A stretch of 64,000 bases of DNA from Solirubrobacteraceae bacterium (GTDB lineage Bacteria; Actinomycetota; Thermoleophilia; Solirubrobacterales; Solirubrobacteraceae), in assembly GCA_035503075.1 (NCBI GenBank), contig DATJTT010000019.1, positions 11,929 through 75,928 on the forward strand, written 5' to 3'. Both the position numbers and the translations under genes were made by a program. This document shows, in pieces, positions 28,126 through 37,862 of this stretch (position 1 is its first letter; each line of letters begins with the position of its first letter). The notes below the pieces were generated by a model. It saw only the letters and a list, made by a program, of their open reading frames with translations, did not search any database and had not been told where the DNA came from.

Positions 28126-28845
28126 CTAGACGGCGTCGTCGGCCGCGTCGCCGGGAGGGAGGGAGGCCTTGAACTGGCGCAGCTCCTCGGGCGTGGGCGC
28201 GCTGGCGGCGAGCGTGGCCGGCGGTGTTGCGCCTACGCCGGTGCAGATGCCGGAGAAGACGATCTCGAAGTAGCGCTCCCACAGCGCGGGCGACTGCTCG
28301 CGCGGGGCGATGTCGGTGGCGCTGACCGCGCAGAGCAGCACCGGGATGTCCTCGGGCGTGATGTCGGCGCGGATCACGCCTGCATCCTGCGCGCGGGCGA
28401 GCAGCTGGGCGGCGACTTGGAGCAGCTGCTCGCTGGCGGCGCTCACGTCGGGATGCTCGTGCACGAGCGAGTTGGCGGTGGCGGACTTGAAGCCCTGGTT
28501 GCTGACCATCAGCTGTGAGCCGCTGTGCAGCAGGGTTCGCAGGGCGAGCAGCGGGTCGGGCTCGTGGAGCTGCTCGAGGGCGGTGGCGGTGATCCGGTCG
28601 AGCATGTCGCGCACGGTGGCGGCGATCAGCTCCTCCTTGGTGGGGAAGTGCCGGAAGGCGGTGCCTTGGCCGACGCCGGCGCGGGCGGCGATTTCGGCGA
28701 CGGTGGCCTCTAGCCCGCGCTCGCCGAACACCTGCACGGCGGCGTCGAGCAGCGCGCGCCGGTTGCGCTCGGCGTCGGCGCGCTGGCGTCGTGGCCGGGC
28801 GTCCTCGCGGCTGGCAACCGCTCGGCGGGCACTGGTGGCACTCAT
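28126..28845 (-). CDS. TetR family transcriptional regulator
   Basis: RADAERNRRALLDAA, TVAEIAARAGVGQGTAFRHFPTKEEL. Confidence 0.88.
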   Translation of the reverse strand: MSATSARRAVASREDARPRRQRADAERNRRALLDAAVQVFGERGLEATVAEIAARAGVGQGTAFRHFPTKEELIAATVRDMLDRITATALEQLHEPDPLLALRTLLHSGSQLMVSNQGFKSATANSLVHEHPDVSAASEQLLQVAAQLLARAQDAGVIRADITPEDIPVLLCAVSATDIAPREQSPALWERYFEIVFSGICTGVGATPPATLAASAPTPEELRQFKASLPPGDAADDAV

Positions 28846-28980
28846 GTTCGCTGGCTCTCTCCCTCGACTACCGACTTTTAAGAGTATGGCGCAGCGGCGA
28901 CCCATGCCCGTGGGATGGAACCTTGGGCCGGCGTGCCACGCGGTTGCGTTCGCGCGGCACACCCCCGGCGATCGGTCGGC

Positions 28981-30477
28981 TCAGGCGAGCACCGGCCGGG
29001 CGTCGTCATTGAGCGTGGCGACGTGGTGGCGGCGCAGCATGGCGATGAGCAGCAGCGCGGCGAAGGCGAGCAGCCCGGCGCCGACGCCGAACGCGAGGTG
29101 GTAGCCGCTGACGAGCGCGGCGGGCTGCCCGCCGGCTGTGTGGCTGGAGAGCAGCGAGCTGGTGCGCGAGGCGGCGAGCGTGGAGAGGATGGCGAGCCCG
29201 AGCGCGCCGCCGACCTGCTGGGAGGTGTTGTAGAGGCCGGAGGCCAGGCCGGCGTCGTCGCCGTGCACGTTGGCGGTGGCGAGCAGCGTGATGGGGACGA
29301 ACACGAGCCCCATGCCGATGGCCAGCGGCATCAGCCCGAGGAGCAGCTGGCCGGGGTAGTCGCCTTGGACGGTGGTGCGCAGCAGCAGCGCCATGCCGGC
29401 GGTCGCGAGGCCCAGCCCGCCGACGGCGATCGCGCGGGCGCCGGCGCGTTTGATCAGCGGCTGTGCGAGCCCGGCGCCGACGCCGATGCCGACGGTCACG
29501 GGCAGGAACGCGAGCCCCGCCTTGAGCGGGCTATAGCCGAGCACCTCCTGGACGTACAGGGAGGCGAAGAAGAACATGGACATCATGCCGGACATGACGA
29601 ACAGCAGCGCGAGGTTGGAGGCGGCGAGGGTGCGGATGCGCAGGATGCTGAGGCGCACGAGCGGGGCGGGGCTGCGCTGCTCGATGACGAAGAAAGCGCC
29701 GAGCAGCACGGCGGCGAGCCCGATCGGGCCGAGCGTGCGGGGGGAGCCCCACCCGTACTGTTCGGTCTTGACGATTCCGAAGACGAGCACGACGAGTCCG
29801 GCGGTGACGGAGAACGCGCCGGCGAGGTCGAACGTTTTGCGCACCTCCGGCCCGCGCGACTCGGGCACGTAGCGCAGGGCGGCGATCAGCGCGCCGATGC
29901 CCACGGGCAGGTTGACGATGAACACCCAGCGCCAGGAGAGCAGGTCGGTGAGGATGCCGCCCATCAGCAGCCCGACGGCTGCGCCGCCGGCGGCGATGGC
30001 GCTCCAGACGCCGAGCGCTCGGGTGCGCTCGGTGGGGTCGGTGAAGGTGGTGGTGATGATCGACAGCGCGGCGGGGGAGACGAGTGCGGCGCCGAGGCCC
30101 TGCAGCGCGCGTCCGGCGACGAGCACGTTGGAGCTTTGGGCGAAGGCGTTGACGGCGGAAGCGAGCGAGAAGAGGGTTACTCCGATGGTGAACAGCCGCC
30201 TGCGCCCGAGCAGGTCGGCGGCCCGCCCGCCGAGCAGCAGGAAGCCGCCGAACAGCAGCGTGTAGCCGTTGATCACCCACTGCAGGTCGGCGCGCGAGAA
30301 GTGAAGGCCCTTCTGGATGGACGGCATGGCGACGTTGACGATGGTGGCGTCGAGCACGACCATGAACTGGGCGACGCAGACGATCACGAGCGTCAGCCAG
30401 GGGTTGAAGCGGCGTTTGAGTGGGCTGGCTGCGGAGGAGGGGGCGAGAGCGGCGGAAGCGGGAGCTGGGGAAGCCAC
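28981..30477 (-). CDS. DHA2 MFS efflux transporter
   Basis: [32 protein letters not shown]. Confidence 0.92.
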   Translation of the reverse strand: MASPAPASAALAPSSAASPLKRRFNPWLTLVIVCVAQFMVVLDATIVNVAMPSIQKGLHFSRADLQWVINGYTLLFGGFLLLGGRAADLLGRRRLFTIGVTLFSLASAVNAFAQSSNVLVAGRALQGLGAALVSPAALSIITTTFTDPTERTRALGVWSAIAAGGAAVGLLMGGILTDLLSWRWVFIVNLPVGIGALIAALRYVPESRGPEVRKTFDLAGAFSVTAGLVVLVFGIVKTEQYGWGSPRTLGPIGLAAVLLGAFFVIEQRSPAPLVRLSILRIRTLAASNLALLFVMSGMMSMFFFASLYVQEVLGYSPLKAGLAFLPVTVGIGVGAGLAQPLIKRAGARAIAVGGLGLATAGMALLLRTTVQGDYPGQLLLGLMPLAIGMGLVFVPITLLATANVHGDDAGLASGLYNTSQQVGGALGLAILSTLAASRTSSLLSSHTAGGQPAALVSGYHLAFGVGAGLLAFAALLLIAMLRRHHVATLNDDARPVLA

Positions 30478-30500
30478 GGCTGGTAACCTTCCTACGTAGA

Positions 30501-30547
30501 GGACTGGGCGGTCCGTTTACGCTAGCACAAGCGGACTGAATAGTCCG
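30501..30547. promoter_or_regulatory. two putative TetR operator palindromes upstream of the MFS-TetR operon
   Basis: GGAC-tgggcg-GTCC (30501-30514) and CGGACT-gaat-AGTCCG (30532-30547). Confidence 0.6.
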
Positions 30548-30588
30548 TATACGTAGGGCGCTCCGGCGGCGAAGGAGGCCACGCCGGC

Positions 30589-30889
30589 GGCTGCGGCACG
30601 AACAAGCAGGGTCAGCTCGGCCTCGGCTCAAAAGTCAAGAAGGCCGAGAAACCGACCGCGATCCCCGGCTTGTCGAACATCGTCCAGATCAGCACCGGCA
30701 ACCGCACCACCGGCGGGTGGCGCTGAGAGCCTCGGCCTGACCGAATCTGGCTATGTTGAATCATGGGGCTCGGGCGTCGGTGGCGATCTCGGTGACGATA
30801 TGAAGGGCAACAGAGCCACGCCAGTCCGCGTGCTCGGCGGCGTCTCGGCGATCTCGGCCACGGCACAAAGCGCGCTCGCGCTCCGTTAG
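30589..30889 (+). pseudogene. RCC1-repeat protein remnant (two repeats, frameshifted, no start)
   Basis: Manual translation: GTNKQGQLGLG..KAEKPTAIPGLSNIVQISTG, then after a frameshift SLGLTESGYVESWGSGVGGDLGD...TPVRVLGGVSAISATAQSALAL*. Confidence 0.8.
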
Positions 30890-30920
30890 GGTCCGCATCG
30901 GGGCGGACTGAGCCGGCCGA

Positions 30921-33320
30921 TCAGCGACGCAGCAGGTACGTGCGTGTGACGGTGGTGCGCAGCCCGGTGGGGCTGGCGGCGACCACGTGCACGTGCGCGC
31001 GCAGCTCGTCCGAGCGGCCGAGGGCGCGGCGCAGCCGGCGCACGGCGCCGGCCGCGAGCGCCAGGCGCACACGGGCTGCCTTGCGCGCCCGCAGGGCGCG
31101 GGCGGCGGCGATCAGCGCCACCGAGCGGCTCCGGCGCAGGGGGGAGAGGGTGGCGGTGACGAGCACGCGGCAGTCGCGCTTGCAGCTGACGGCGAGGGTG
31201 AGCGCCCGGTCGGAGAGCACGCCCGAGCTGGGCGGGACGGTGAGGCGCAGCACCGGGGGGAGGTTCGGCGGGGGCGGCCACGTTCCCGGGGCGAGACAGC
31301 CGGTGCCGGCGGGGGAGTCCATCTGGAAGCGCTGCACGCGGTTGTTGTCGGTGTCGGCGACGTACACGTCGCCTTCGCAGCCGATCGCGATGGCGGTGGG
31401 TTGGGAGAAGGACCCGAGACCCACCCCGCGCAGGCCCCACTTGTAGAGGAAGCGCCCTTCGGGCGCGAACGCCTGCACGCGGTCGTTCCGGCTGTCCACC
31501 ACGTACACGTCGCCGGCGGCGTCCACGGCGATCCCGGCGGGGGAGCGAAAGCGTCCGTCGGCGGTGCCTCCGGAGCCCCATTCGGCGAGCTCGGCGCCGC
31601 CCGCGGAGAGCTCCACGACGCGGTCGTCGCCGGTGTCGGACACGTACACGTCCCCGTCGGGCGCCACGGCGACCCCTTCGGGATGCTCGAAGCCCGTCGC
31701 GCCGCTGCCGGCGGCGCCGTCGGCCCCTTCGGCGCCCCACTTGGCCTGCAGCTTGCCTTCGGGGCCGTACACGAGGATCCGGTTGTGGTCGCTGTCGGCG
31801 ACGTAGGTCTGGTGGCTGACGGGGGAGATGGCCACGGCGCCGGCGCCCTCGAGCTCCGCCCCGCCGAGCTCGGCGGGCCCGCCGATTTCGCCCAGGTAGG
31901 CGCCTTCGCCCCACAGGCGCACGATGCGCGAGTTGCCGGTGTCGGCGACGTACACCGACCCGGCCGAGTCGACGGCGATGCCCGCGGGGGAGGAGAAGAG
32001 GCCGTCGACCCCCCCGGCGCCCGTCCAACTGCCGAGGTAGGAGTCGCTGCCGGCGGCGAAGCGCTCGATGCGCCCGTCGACGGTGTCGGCGACGAGCAGC
32101 TCCCCTTCCGGTTGCACGGCGAGGCCGGTGGGGGCGGTCAGCTCGCCGGGGCCGCGGGCGGAGACGCCGAAGGAGCGCATGTATTTCCCGTGGGGGTCGA
32201 ACACCTCGATCCGGTCGTTGGCGGTGTCGGCGACGTAGGTGTCGCCGGCGGGGTCGCTGGCGAGGGCGCGCGGGAAGTCGAGCTCGCCCGCTTTCGAGCC
32301 TTCTTCGCCCCAGGCGCCGGCGGGGCGCAGCCGGGGGCTGAGCTTGACCACGCGGTCGTTGCTGTCGTCGGCCACGAACACGTCCCCGGCGGCGTCGAGG
32401 GCGACGCCGTAGGGGAAGCCGGGGTGCGCGGGACCGTCGCCGGCGATCGGGGCCTCGCCTTCGTAGACGCCTTCGGGGCTGAACTTCTCGACGCGGTCGT
32501 TGTCGTCGTCGGAGACGATCACCTCGCTGTCGTCGGCGGCGACCCCGCGGGGGTAGTCGAACTGGCCGGGGCCGGAGCCCTCGGTGCCCCACGCGAGCGG
32601 TTCGCCCCCGTCGAGGTCGAAGCGCTCGACGCGGTCGTTGCCCGAGTCCGCCACGTACACGTGGTCGCCGGCCACCGCGATGCCGCCGCCGGGGGGCTGG
32701 CTGGGGTTTAGCGAGGAGCCGAAGTCGAACTCCCCGAGGCCCGACCCGCGCCTGCCCCACTGGGTGATGTATTCGCCGTCGGGGCCGAACTTCTCGATGC
32801 GGTCGTGGCTCGGGTCCACGACGTACACGTCGCCGGCGGCGTCGACGGCGAGGCCGGAGACGGGGCCGAACTGCCCCGGCCCGGCGCCGTAGGAGCCCCA
32901 CTGGGTCTCGAACTGCCCATCGGCGCTGAACTTCTGGACCACGTAGCCGAGCTGGTCGGCGACGTACACGTCGCCCTCGGTGTCCACCGCGACCGCCTCG
33001 GGGAAGCGCAGCACCCCTTCCGCGCGCTGGCCGATCGTGGTGACGTGGGCGTACGGGCAGGGGGCGGTCCGGGCGGGACCGGATCCCGGGCAGGCTTCGC
33101 CGGGGACGGGCTCGATGGCGGCTTCGCCCTGGCCCTGCGGGGACGGCGCCGGGGGCGACGCCGCGGGCGGCACGGCTCGCCCGGCGGCGGCGGGGGCGCC
33201 CGCCACCCACGCCCACGCGCACAGCGCGATCAGGGTCGCGAGCGCAGATGCGGGGGCGAGCCTGCGCCGGGGGAGCACGATCAAGGCATGAGAGCACGAA
33301 CGTGCGCGTGCGCGTCGCAC
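30921..33320 (-). CDS. secreted NHL-repeat protein (12 repeats) with a C-terminal beta-rich domain
   Basis: Signal-like N-terminus (true start uncertain, possibly about 33286); 12 NHL repeats; paralog of 9922-11880. Confidence 0.85.
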   Translation of the reverse strand: MRRARARSCSHALIVLPRRRLAPASALATLIALCAWAWVAGAPAAAGRAVPPAASPPAPSPQGQGEAAIEPVPGEACPGSGPARTAPCPYAHVTTIGQRAEGVLRFPEAVAVDTEGDVYVADQLGYVVQKFSADGQFETQWGSYGAGPGQFGPVSGLAVDAAGDVYVVDPSHDRIEKFGPDGEYITQWGRRGSGLGEFDFGSSLNPSQPPGGGIAVAGDHVYVADSGNDRVERFDLDGGEPLAWGTEGSGPGQFDYPRGVAADDSEVIVSDDDNDRVEKFSPEGVYEGEAPIAGDGPAHPGFPYGVALDAAGDVFVADDSNDRVVKLSPRLRPAGAWGEEGSKAGELDFPRALASDPAGDTYVADTANDRIEVFDPHGKYMRSFGVSARGPGELTAPTGLAVQPEGELLVADTVDGRIERFAAGSDSYLGSWTGAGGVDGLFSSPAGIAVDSAGSVYVADTGNSRIVRLWGEGAYLGEIGGPAELGGAELEGAGAVAISPVSHQTYVADSDHNRILVYGPEGKLQAKWGAEGADGAAGSGATGFEHPEGVAVAPDGDVYVSDTGDDRVVELSAGGAELAEWGSGGTADGRFRSPAGIAVDAAGDVYVVDSRNDRVQAFAPEGRFLYKWGLRGVGLGSFSQPTAIAIGCEGDVYVADTDNNRVQRFQMDSPAGTGCLAPGTWPPPPNLPPVLRLTVPPSSGVLSDRALTLAVSCKRDCRVLVTATLSPLRRSRSVALIAAARALRARKAARVRLALAAGAVRRLRRALGRSDELRAHVHVVAASPTGLRTTVTRTYLLRR

Positions 33321-33412
33321 TTCCCCCCGGAGTTGTGACGAGCCTGTGAACGGGCGAGGGGTGCGGCCGCGCTTGGCCTTCCGCCGCCGCCGTGCATCGC
33401 CGCCGGCGACGC

Positions 33413-33438
33413 ATTTTTTATTAATAATTAAAAATAAT
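33413..33438. other. 26-bp pure A/T tract with imperfect inverted repeat
   Basis: ATTTTTTATTAATAATTAAAAATAAT, containing the palindrome TTATTAATAA. Confidence 0.9.
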
Positions 33439-33446
33439 GAGGAAGG

Positions 33447-34637
33447 TCACTGTGGCACACGACCTGCGTCGAGCACCGGATCCTGCGACGGACCCCAGAT
33501 CTCGACGTTCTCGCGACGCTCCAGCCGGCGTCGCGGCCTGACCCGCAGCAACGCCTCGACCCCTGCCTCGGCGAACAGCCGTGCGATCTGCCCGCGGGAG
33601 TCGGCGGGAGCGTCGGCGAACGCGTTTTGCAGTCGCTGGAGCAGGTACAGGCGGTAGGGCAGGACAGCGACCTCGAGCTCGTGACCGCGCCAGGCAAACA
33701 CGGTCGTGCCGAGGGCGCGCCGGTCGGGCTTGCCGCCCACCACGTCGCCGTCCGCGATCTGGGGATTCTCCGCCAGCCAGCCGTCGATCCATGACACCTG
33801 CGCGAGCATCTCGGCCGTGAACTCCTCGCCGACATACGCGAGCAGCGCCCTCAGCGTCTGCGGTATCCGGTCGTCGCCGAACAGCGCCCCCGATTGATCC
33901 TGGTATTCGCCACAGTCGAGGCTCGGGGCGTGCATCCGCTCGACCCAGCGCCAGACTCGGCGTGCACTGCGCTTCATCAGCGTCGAGGGATGCGGGTCGC
34001 GCGCGAGGTGCGCATACAGTGGACCGACGAGCGCGAAGTCGGCCAGCGTGGGCCGGCCGCCGAGCAGGTACGGCGCTCGCCCCAGATGCGCGTCGAGCAG
34101 CCCCAGGAACTCACCGTAGGAGCGTTCGATCTCCGCGATCGTCCCCGGGAGCACGCCGAGCCGCTCCGTCGCCTTGCGCATGCGCGTGCTCGCGTACTCG
34201 AACACGCCCTGCCTGGCCGGCTCGTCGCCGTTGGGCACCAAAGCAGCGGTGAAGTCCTCGAACAAGAACGCAAGATTGTCCTCGTCGAAGTTCCACCTGT
34301 AGTGCATCGCCGGGCGCAGCAGCCCCTCGCCGCCGAACAGCTCGAGCAGATGCGCCACCGCGAGCTGGACGGGCGTCTGCGGATACGCGGAGCGCTCCGG
34401 CGCGACCTCGGCCTGCTCGAGGTAGTCGATGATGTCGACCGTGTCCTGCACCAGCGCGCCCTCCGGCGTCTGCAGAACGGGGATGATCCAACGCCGCGTC
34501 GCGGGCATCACCTCGGCCTGGTAGCGCGGGTCGCCGGGCGGCCTCTCGAGATGGGCGATCCGCTGCTTGCGCAGGTACGAGCGCGCCTTCGCGGAGTAAA
34601 GCGACGCGGGCATCGCATAGAGCACATAGCACCCCAT
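33447..34637 (-). CDS. glutathione S-transferase-like protein
   Basis: SLYSAKARSYL, IIPVLQTP...QDTVDII, YLLGGRPTLADFAL. Confidence 0.8.
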   Translation of the reverse strand: MGCYVLYAMPASLYSAKARSYLRKQRIAHLERPPGDPRYQAEVMPATRRWIIPVLQTPEGALVQDTVDIIDYLEQAEVAPERSAYPQTPVQLAVAHLLELFGGEGLLRPAMHYRWNFDEDNLAFLFEDFTAALVPNGDEPARQGVFEYASTRMRKATERLGVLPGTIAEIERSYGEFLGLLDAHLGRAPYLLGGRPTLADFALVGPLYAHLARDPHPSTLMKRSARRVWRWVERMHAPSLDCGEYQDQSGALFGDDRIPQTLRALLAYVGEEFTAEMLAQVSWIDGWLAENPQIADGDVVGGKPDRRALGTTVFAWRGHELEVAVLPYRLYLLQRLQNAFADAPADSRGQIARLFAEAGVEALLRVRPRRRLERRENVEIWGPSQDPVLDAGRVPQ

Positions 34638-34950
34638 CAACCCACCGCACTCATCCCGGCCGTCTCCTCTCGTGTGCGTCGCGCGTACGCGCGAGAGACT
34701 ACAGCCGCCGAGCGCAGCCGCCGAGTACAGCCGCCGAGCGCTCACCTCGCTCGGAGAGCGCGAGCGAGACCGCGTGCGCTCCCCTACGGGCGCGGGCGGC
34801 GCGCGCCCGCGAACCGGGGCGCAGCGTGCGGGTGCCGTGTCGTGTGTCACGCTCTCGCGCGGCGACATGGATACGGATGACGCTACGGTGGCACGCTCAC
34901 CGCGCCCAATCCCCGTGGACGGGTAAGAGACCCTCGAACGTGAGGCGATC

Positions 34951-36447
34951 GTGATGATCCGACAGGGTCCCCTGGCCGGGCGCTACCCCGCCGCGGCGGC
35001 GATGGTGATGTTCGCCTTGATCCCCTACCTGGCCCTGTCGGCGGCGATCGGGCCGGTCACCCCGATCATCGCGCGCCAGCTCCACACGAGCTTGCAGACG
35101 TTGAGCCTGGGGTCCGGCTTGGGCAACGCCGCCTACGCCGTCGGGACGGTGCTCGCGGTGCAGTTCGCCCAGCATCTGCCCCAGCGGCGAATGATGGTCC
35201 TGTACGTCGTGCTGCTCGTCCTCGGGTCGGTGCTGGAGGCGGCGGCGCAGAGCCCGGGGACGTTCATCGCCGGCCACGTGCTGCAGGGCCTGTGCACCAG
35301 CCTGCTGCTGATCGCGGCGGTGCCGCCGCTGGCGCTCGGCTTCGGCGCGGAGAAGCTGCGCTACACGGCGGTGATCATGAGCATGTGCATCTTCGGCGCG
35401 GTCGCGCTCGGGCCGGTGGTGGGCGGCCTTCAGGCCGGCGCCAACGCCTGGCGGCCGCTGTTCTGGGTCATCGCCGGCATCTCGGCCACCGCGTTGGTGC
35501 TGTCGCTGTTGACCTTCGAGGATGCCCCCCCGGCTGACGCGAGCGCCCCGGTCGCCCCGGTCGCGATCGCGCTGGCCGCGGTCGGCCCGGTCGCGGCCTT
35601 CTACGGCGCCTCGCAGTTGCTGACGCACAAGTTCGTCGAGGGCCGCACGCTCGCGCCGCTGCTCGGCGGGCTGGCGGTGATCGTGACGCTGATCGTCTAC
35701 CAGTACCGCGCCCGGCGGCCGCTGCTGACGATCCGCAGCATGCTCTCGAGCACGATCCCGGTTGCGGGGATCGTGATCGCCCTGTTCGCGGCGGCGGCGT
35801 CCGTGTCGGCGAGCGCGCTGACCGCCAGCCTGCTGGCGGGGCGCTACAGCGCCCTGCACGTCGGCCTGCTGTACCTGCCGGAGCTCGCCGGTGCGGTCCT
35901 GACGGCGATCGCCCTCGGGATCGTGATCGAGACGCGAAGGCTGCAGTACCTGCCGCTGGTCGGGATGGCGTTCCTCGCCGCCGGCATCGGCGTGTTCCGG
36001 ATCGAGCTCCCGCCCACTCAGGGTCTCACGCTGGCGGGCTCCGCGCTGACGGGGATCGGCCTCGGCGCGACGGTCGCGCCGGCGCTGTTCGCCGCCGGCT
36101 TCTCGCTGCCGGCCGCCAACCTGCAGCGCGTGTTCGCGATCGTCGAGATGATGCGGGCGGTGGCCGCGTTCATGATCGCGCCGATCTTCGCCCATTTCGC
36201 CGCGACCGTCGGCGGCAACGCCACGAACGGCACCGGCATCGCGCTGTGGATCGGGCTGGGGCTGGCGCTCGGCGGGGGCGCGCTCGCGGTGCTGATCTAC
36301 GTGCTGGGCGGCGCACGTCCGCAGACCCCAGATATGGAGGCGTTCCTGGGCGGCGAAGGACCGGGATGGCCCTCGCCGCCGCTGCTCGACGCCGTCCGCA
36401 GCCGCTCGCTGCGCCCACGCCAAGTCGAGGAGGCGGCGCGGCCATGA
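34951..36447 (+). CDS. MFS transporter
   Basis: Multi-TM; GHVLQGL, LGPVVGG motifs. Confidence 0.82.
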   Translation: MMIRQGPLAGRYPAAAAMVMFALIPYLALSAAIGPVTPIIARQLHTSLQTLSLGSGLGNAAYAVGTVLAVQFAQHLPQRRMMVLYVVLLVLGSVLEAAAQSPGTFIAGHVLQGLCTSLLLIAAVPPLALGFGAEKLRYTAVIMSMCIFGAVALGPVVGGLQAGANAWRPLFWVIAGISATALVLSLLTFEDAPPADASAPVAPVAIALAAVGPVAAFYGASQLLTHKFVEGRTLAPLLGGLAVIVTLIVYQYRARRPLLTIRSMLSSTIPVAGIVIALFAAAASVSASALTASLLAGRYSALHVGLLYLPELAGAVLTAIALGIVIETRRLQYLPLVGMAFLAAGIGVFRIELPPTQGLTLAGSALTGIGLGATVAPALFAAGFSLPAANLQRVFAIVEMMRAVAAFMIAPIFAHFAATVGGNATNGTGIALWIGLGLALGGGALAVLIYVLGGARPQTPDMEAFLGGEGPGWPSPPLLDAVRSRSLRPRQVEEAARP

Positions 36448-36950
36448 CGACGGCCACGACCACGTCCGGCCCCGTGCTGTTCGCCTATGACGGCTCGGAG
36501 CTGGCGAACTACGCGATCGAAGAGGTGGGACGCCTGCTGGAGGGCAACGCGCGTCACGCGCTCGTGCTGATCGTGTGGAGACCCTTCGACGTCGGCTTCG
36601 CGCCGGTCGGCGGGTTCAACTTCGACGCCGAGCAGATCGCCGAGGTGAGAGAGGCCGCGCAGGAGACGGCCGCGGCCGGAGCGGCGATCGCCCGGGCCGC
36701 GGGATTCACGGCAGACAGCCTGGCCGTCGAGGGCGCGCCGCCGTGGAAGGCGATCGCTGACACCGCCGACGAGCGGCAAGCCTGCCTGATCGTGCTCGGC
36801 TCTCACGGGCGCAGCGGACTCGCCGGTGCGCTGGTGGGGAGCGTCGCGGGCGCCGTGGCGGCGCACTCGCGACGCTCGGTGCTGATCGTGCACCGGCCGG
36901 CCGACCCCCCGGAACCGCCAGGGAGCGCCCGCGAGCGCGCCAACCGTTGA
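36444..36950 (+). CDS. universal stress protein (UspA)
   Basis: LFAYDGS, IVLGSHGRSG...GSVA; ATGA overlap with the MFS. Confidence 0.88.
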   Translation: MTTATTTSGPVLFAYDGSELANYAIEEVGRLLEGNARHALVLIVWRPFDVGFAPVGGFNFDAEQIAEVREAAQETAAAGAAIARAAGFTADSLAVEGAPPWKAIADTADERQACLIVLGSHGRSGLAGALVGSVAGAVAAHSRRSVLIVHRPADPPEPPGSARERANR

Positions 36951-36974
36951 CAGCTACGAACTCGGGAGGGCCAG

Positions 36975-37219
36975 ATGCGTGAGCAGGAGCTGACCGTGAC
37001 TACCGCGGATGCAGAGATGACGACCTTCGCGGCGCATCCGGAGACGAGCGCCGCGCTCCCCGTCGCGGTCCTGCACATGGACGGTGTCGGCTACCGCGAG
37101 CAGATCAAGCACAACGCGCGGCGGTTCGCCGCCGAGGGCTACTATTGCGTCGCGCCCGAGCTCGAGCGCCAGGGCGTCAACGGGTCCGTGGAGCGGCTCC
37201 CGGCTGAGAGCGCGGGCGG

Positions 37220-37223
<4 letters not shown>
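36975..37223 (+). pseudogene. dienelactone hydrolase N-terminal fragment
   Basis: MDGVGYREQIK..ARRFAAEGYYCVAPEL, then divergence; catalytic Cys/Asp/His region missing. Confidence 0.7.
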
Positions 37224-37630
<407 letters not shown>

Positions 37631-37862
37631 GGCTTCTCCGCGGCCCTGTGCGCTTCGACGATCTCCGGCGCCGGAACGTCGCGTGCCCAAAGTAGCGCAC
37701 CCGGCCGGGCGGCGCCTGCCGCCGAGAGGACGCCGCAAGCTCACCTGTCGCCGGGACTACGCCGCCCTCAGGCGCCTGATCGCGATCATCCGGCGAGCGC
37801 CGAAGTGGTACAGTTCGACTCTCCGGCAGGCGGTCGAGGACAACAGGGGAGGAGCGGTGAGG

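Noticed and set aside
33413-33438. dif site or replication origin at the A/T tract
   Set aside because: No XerC/XerD arm pattern and no DnaA boxes nearby.
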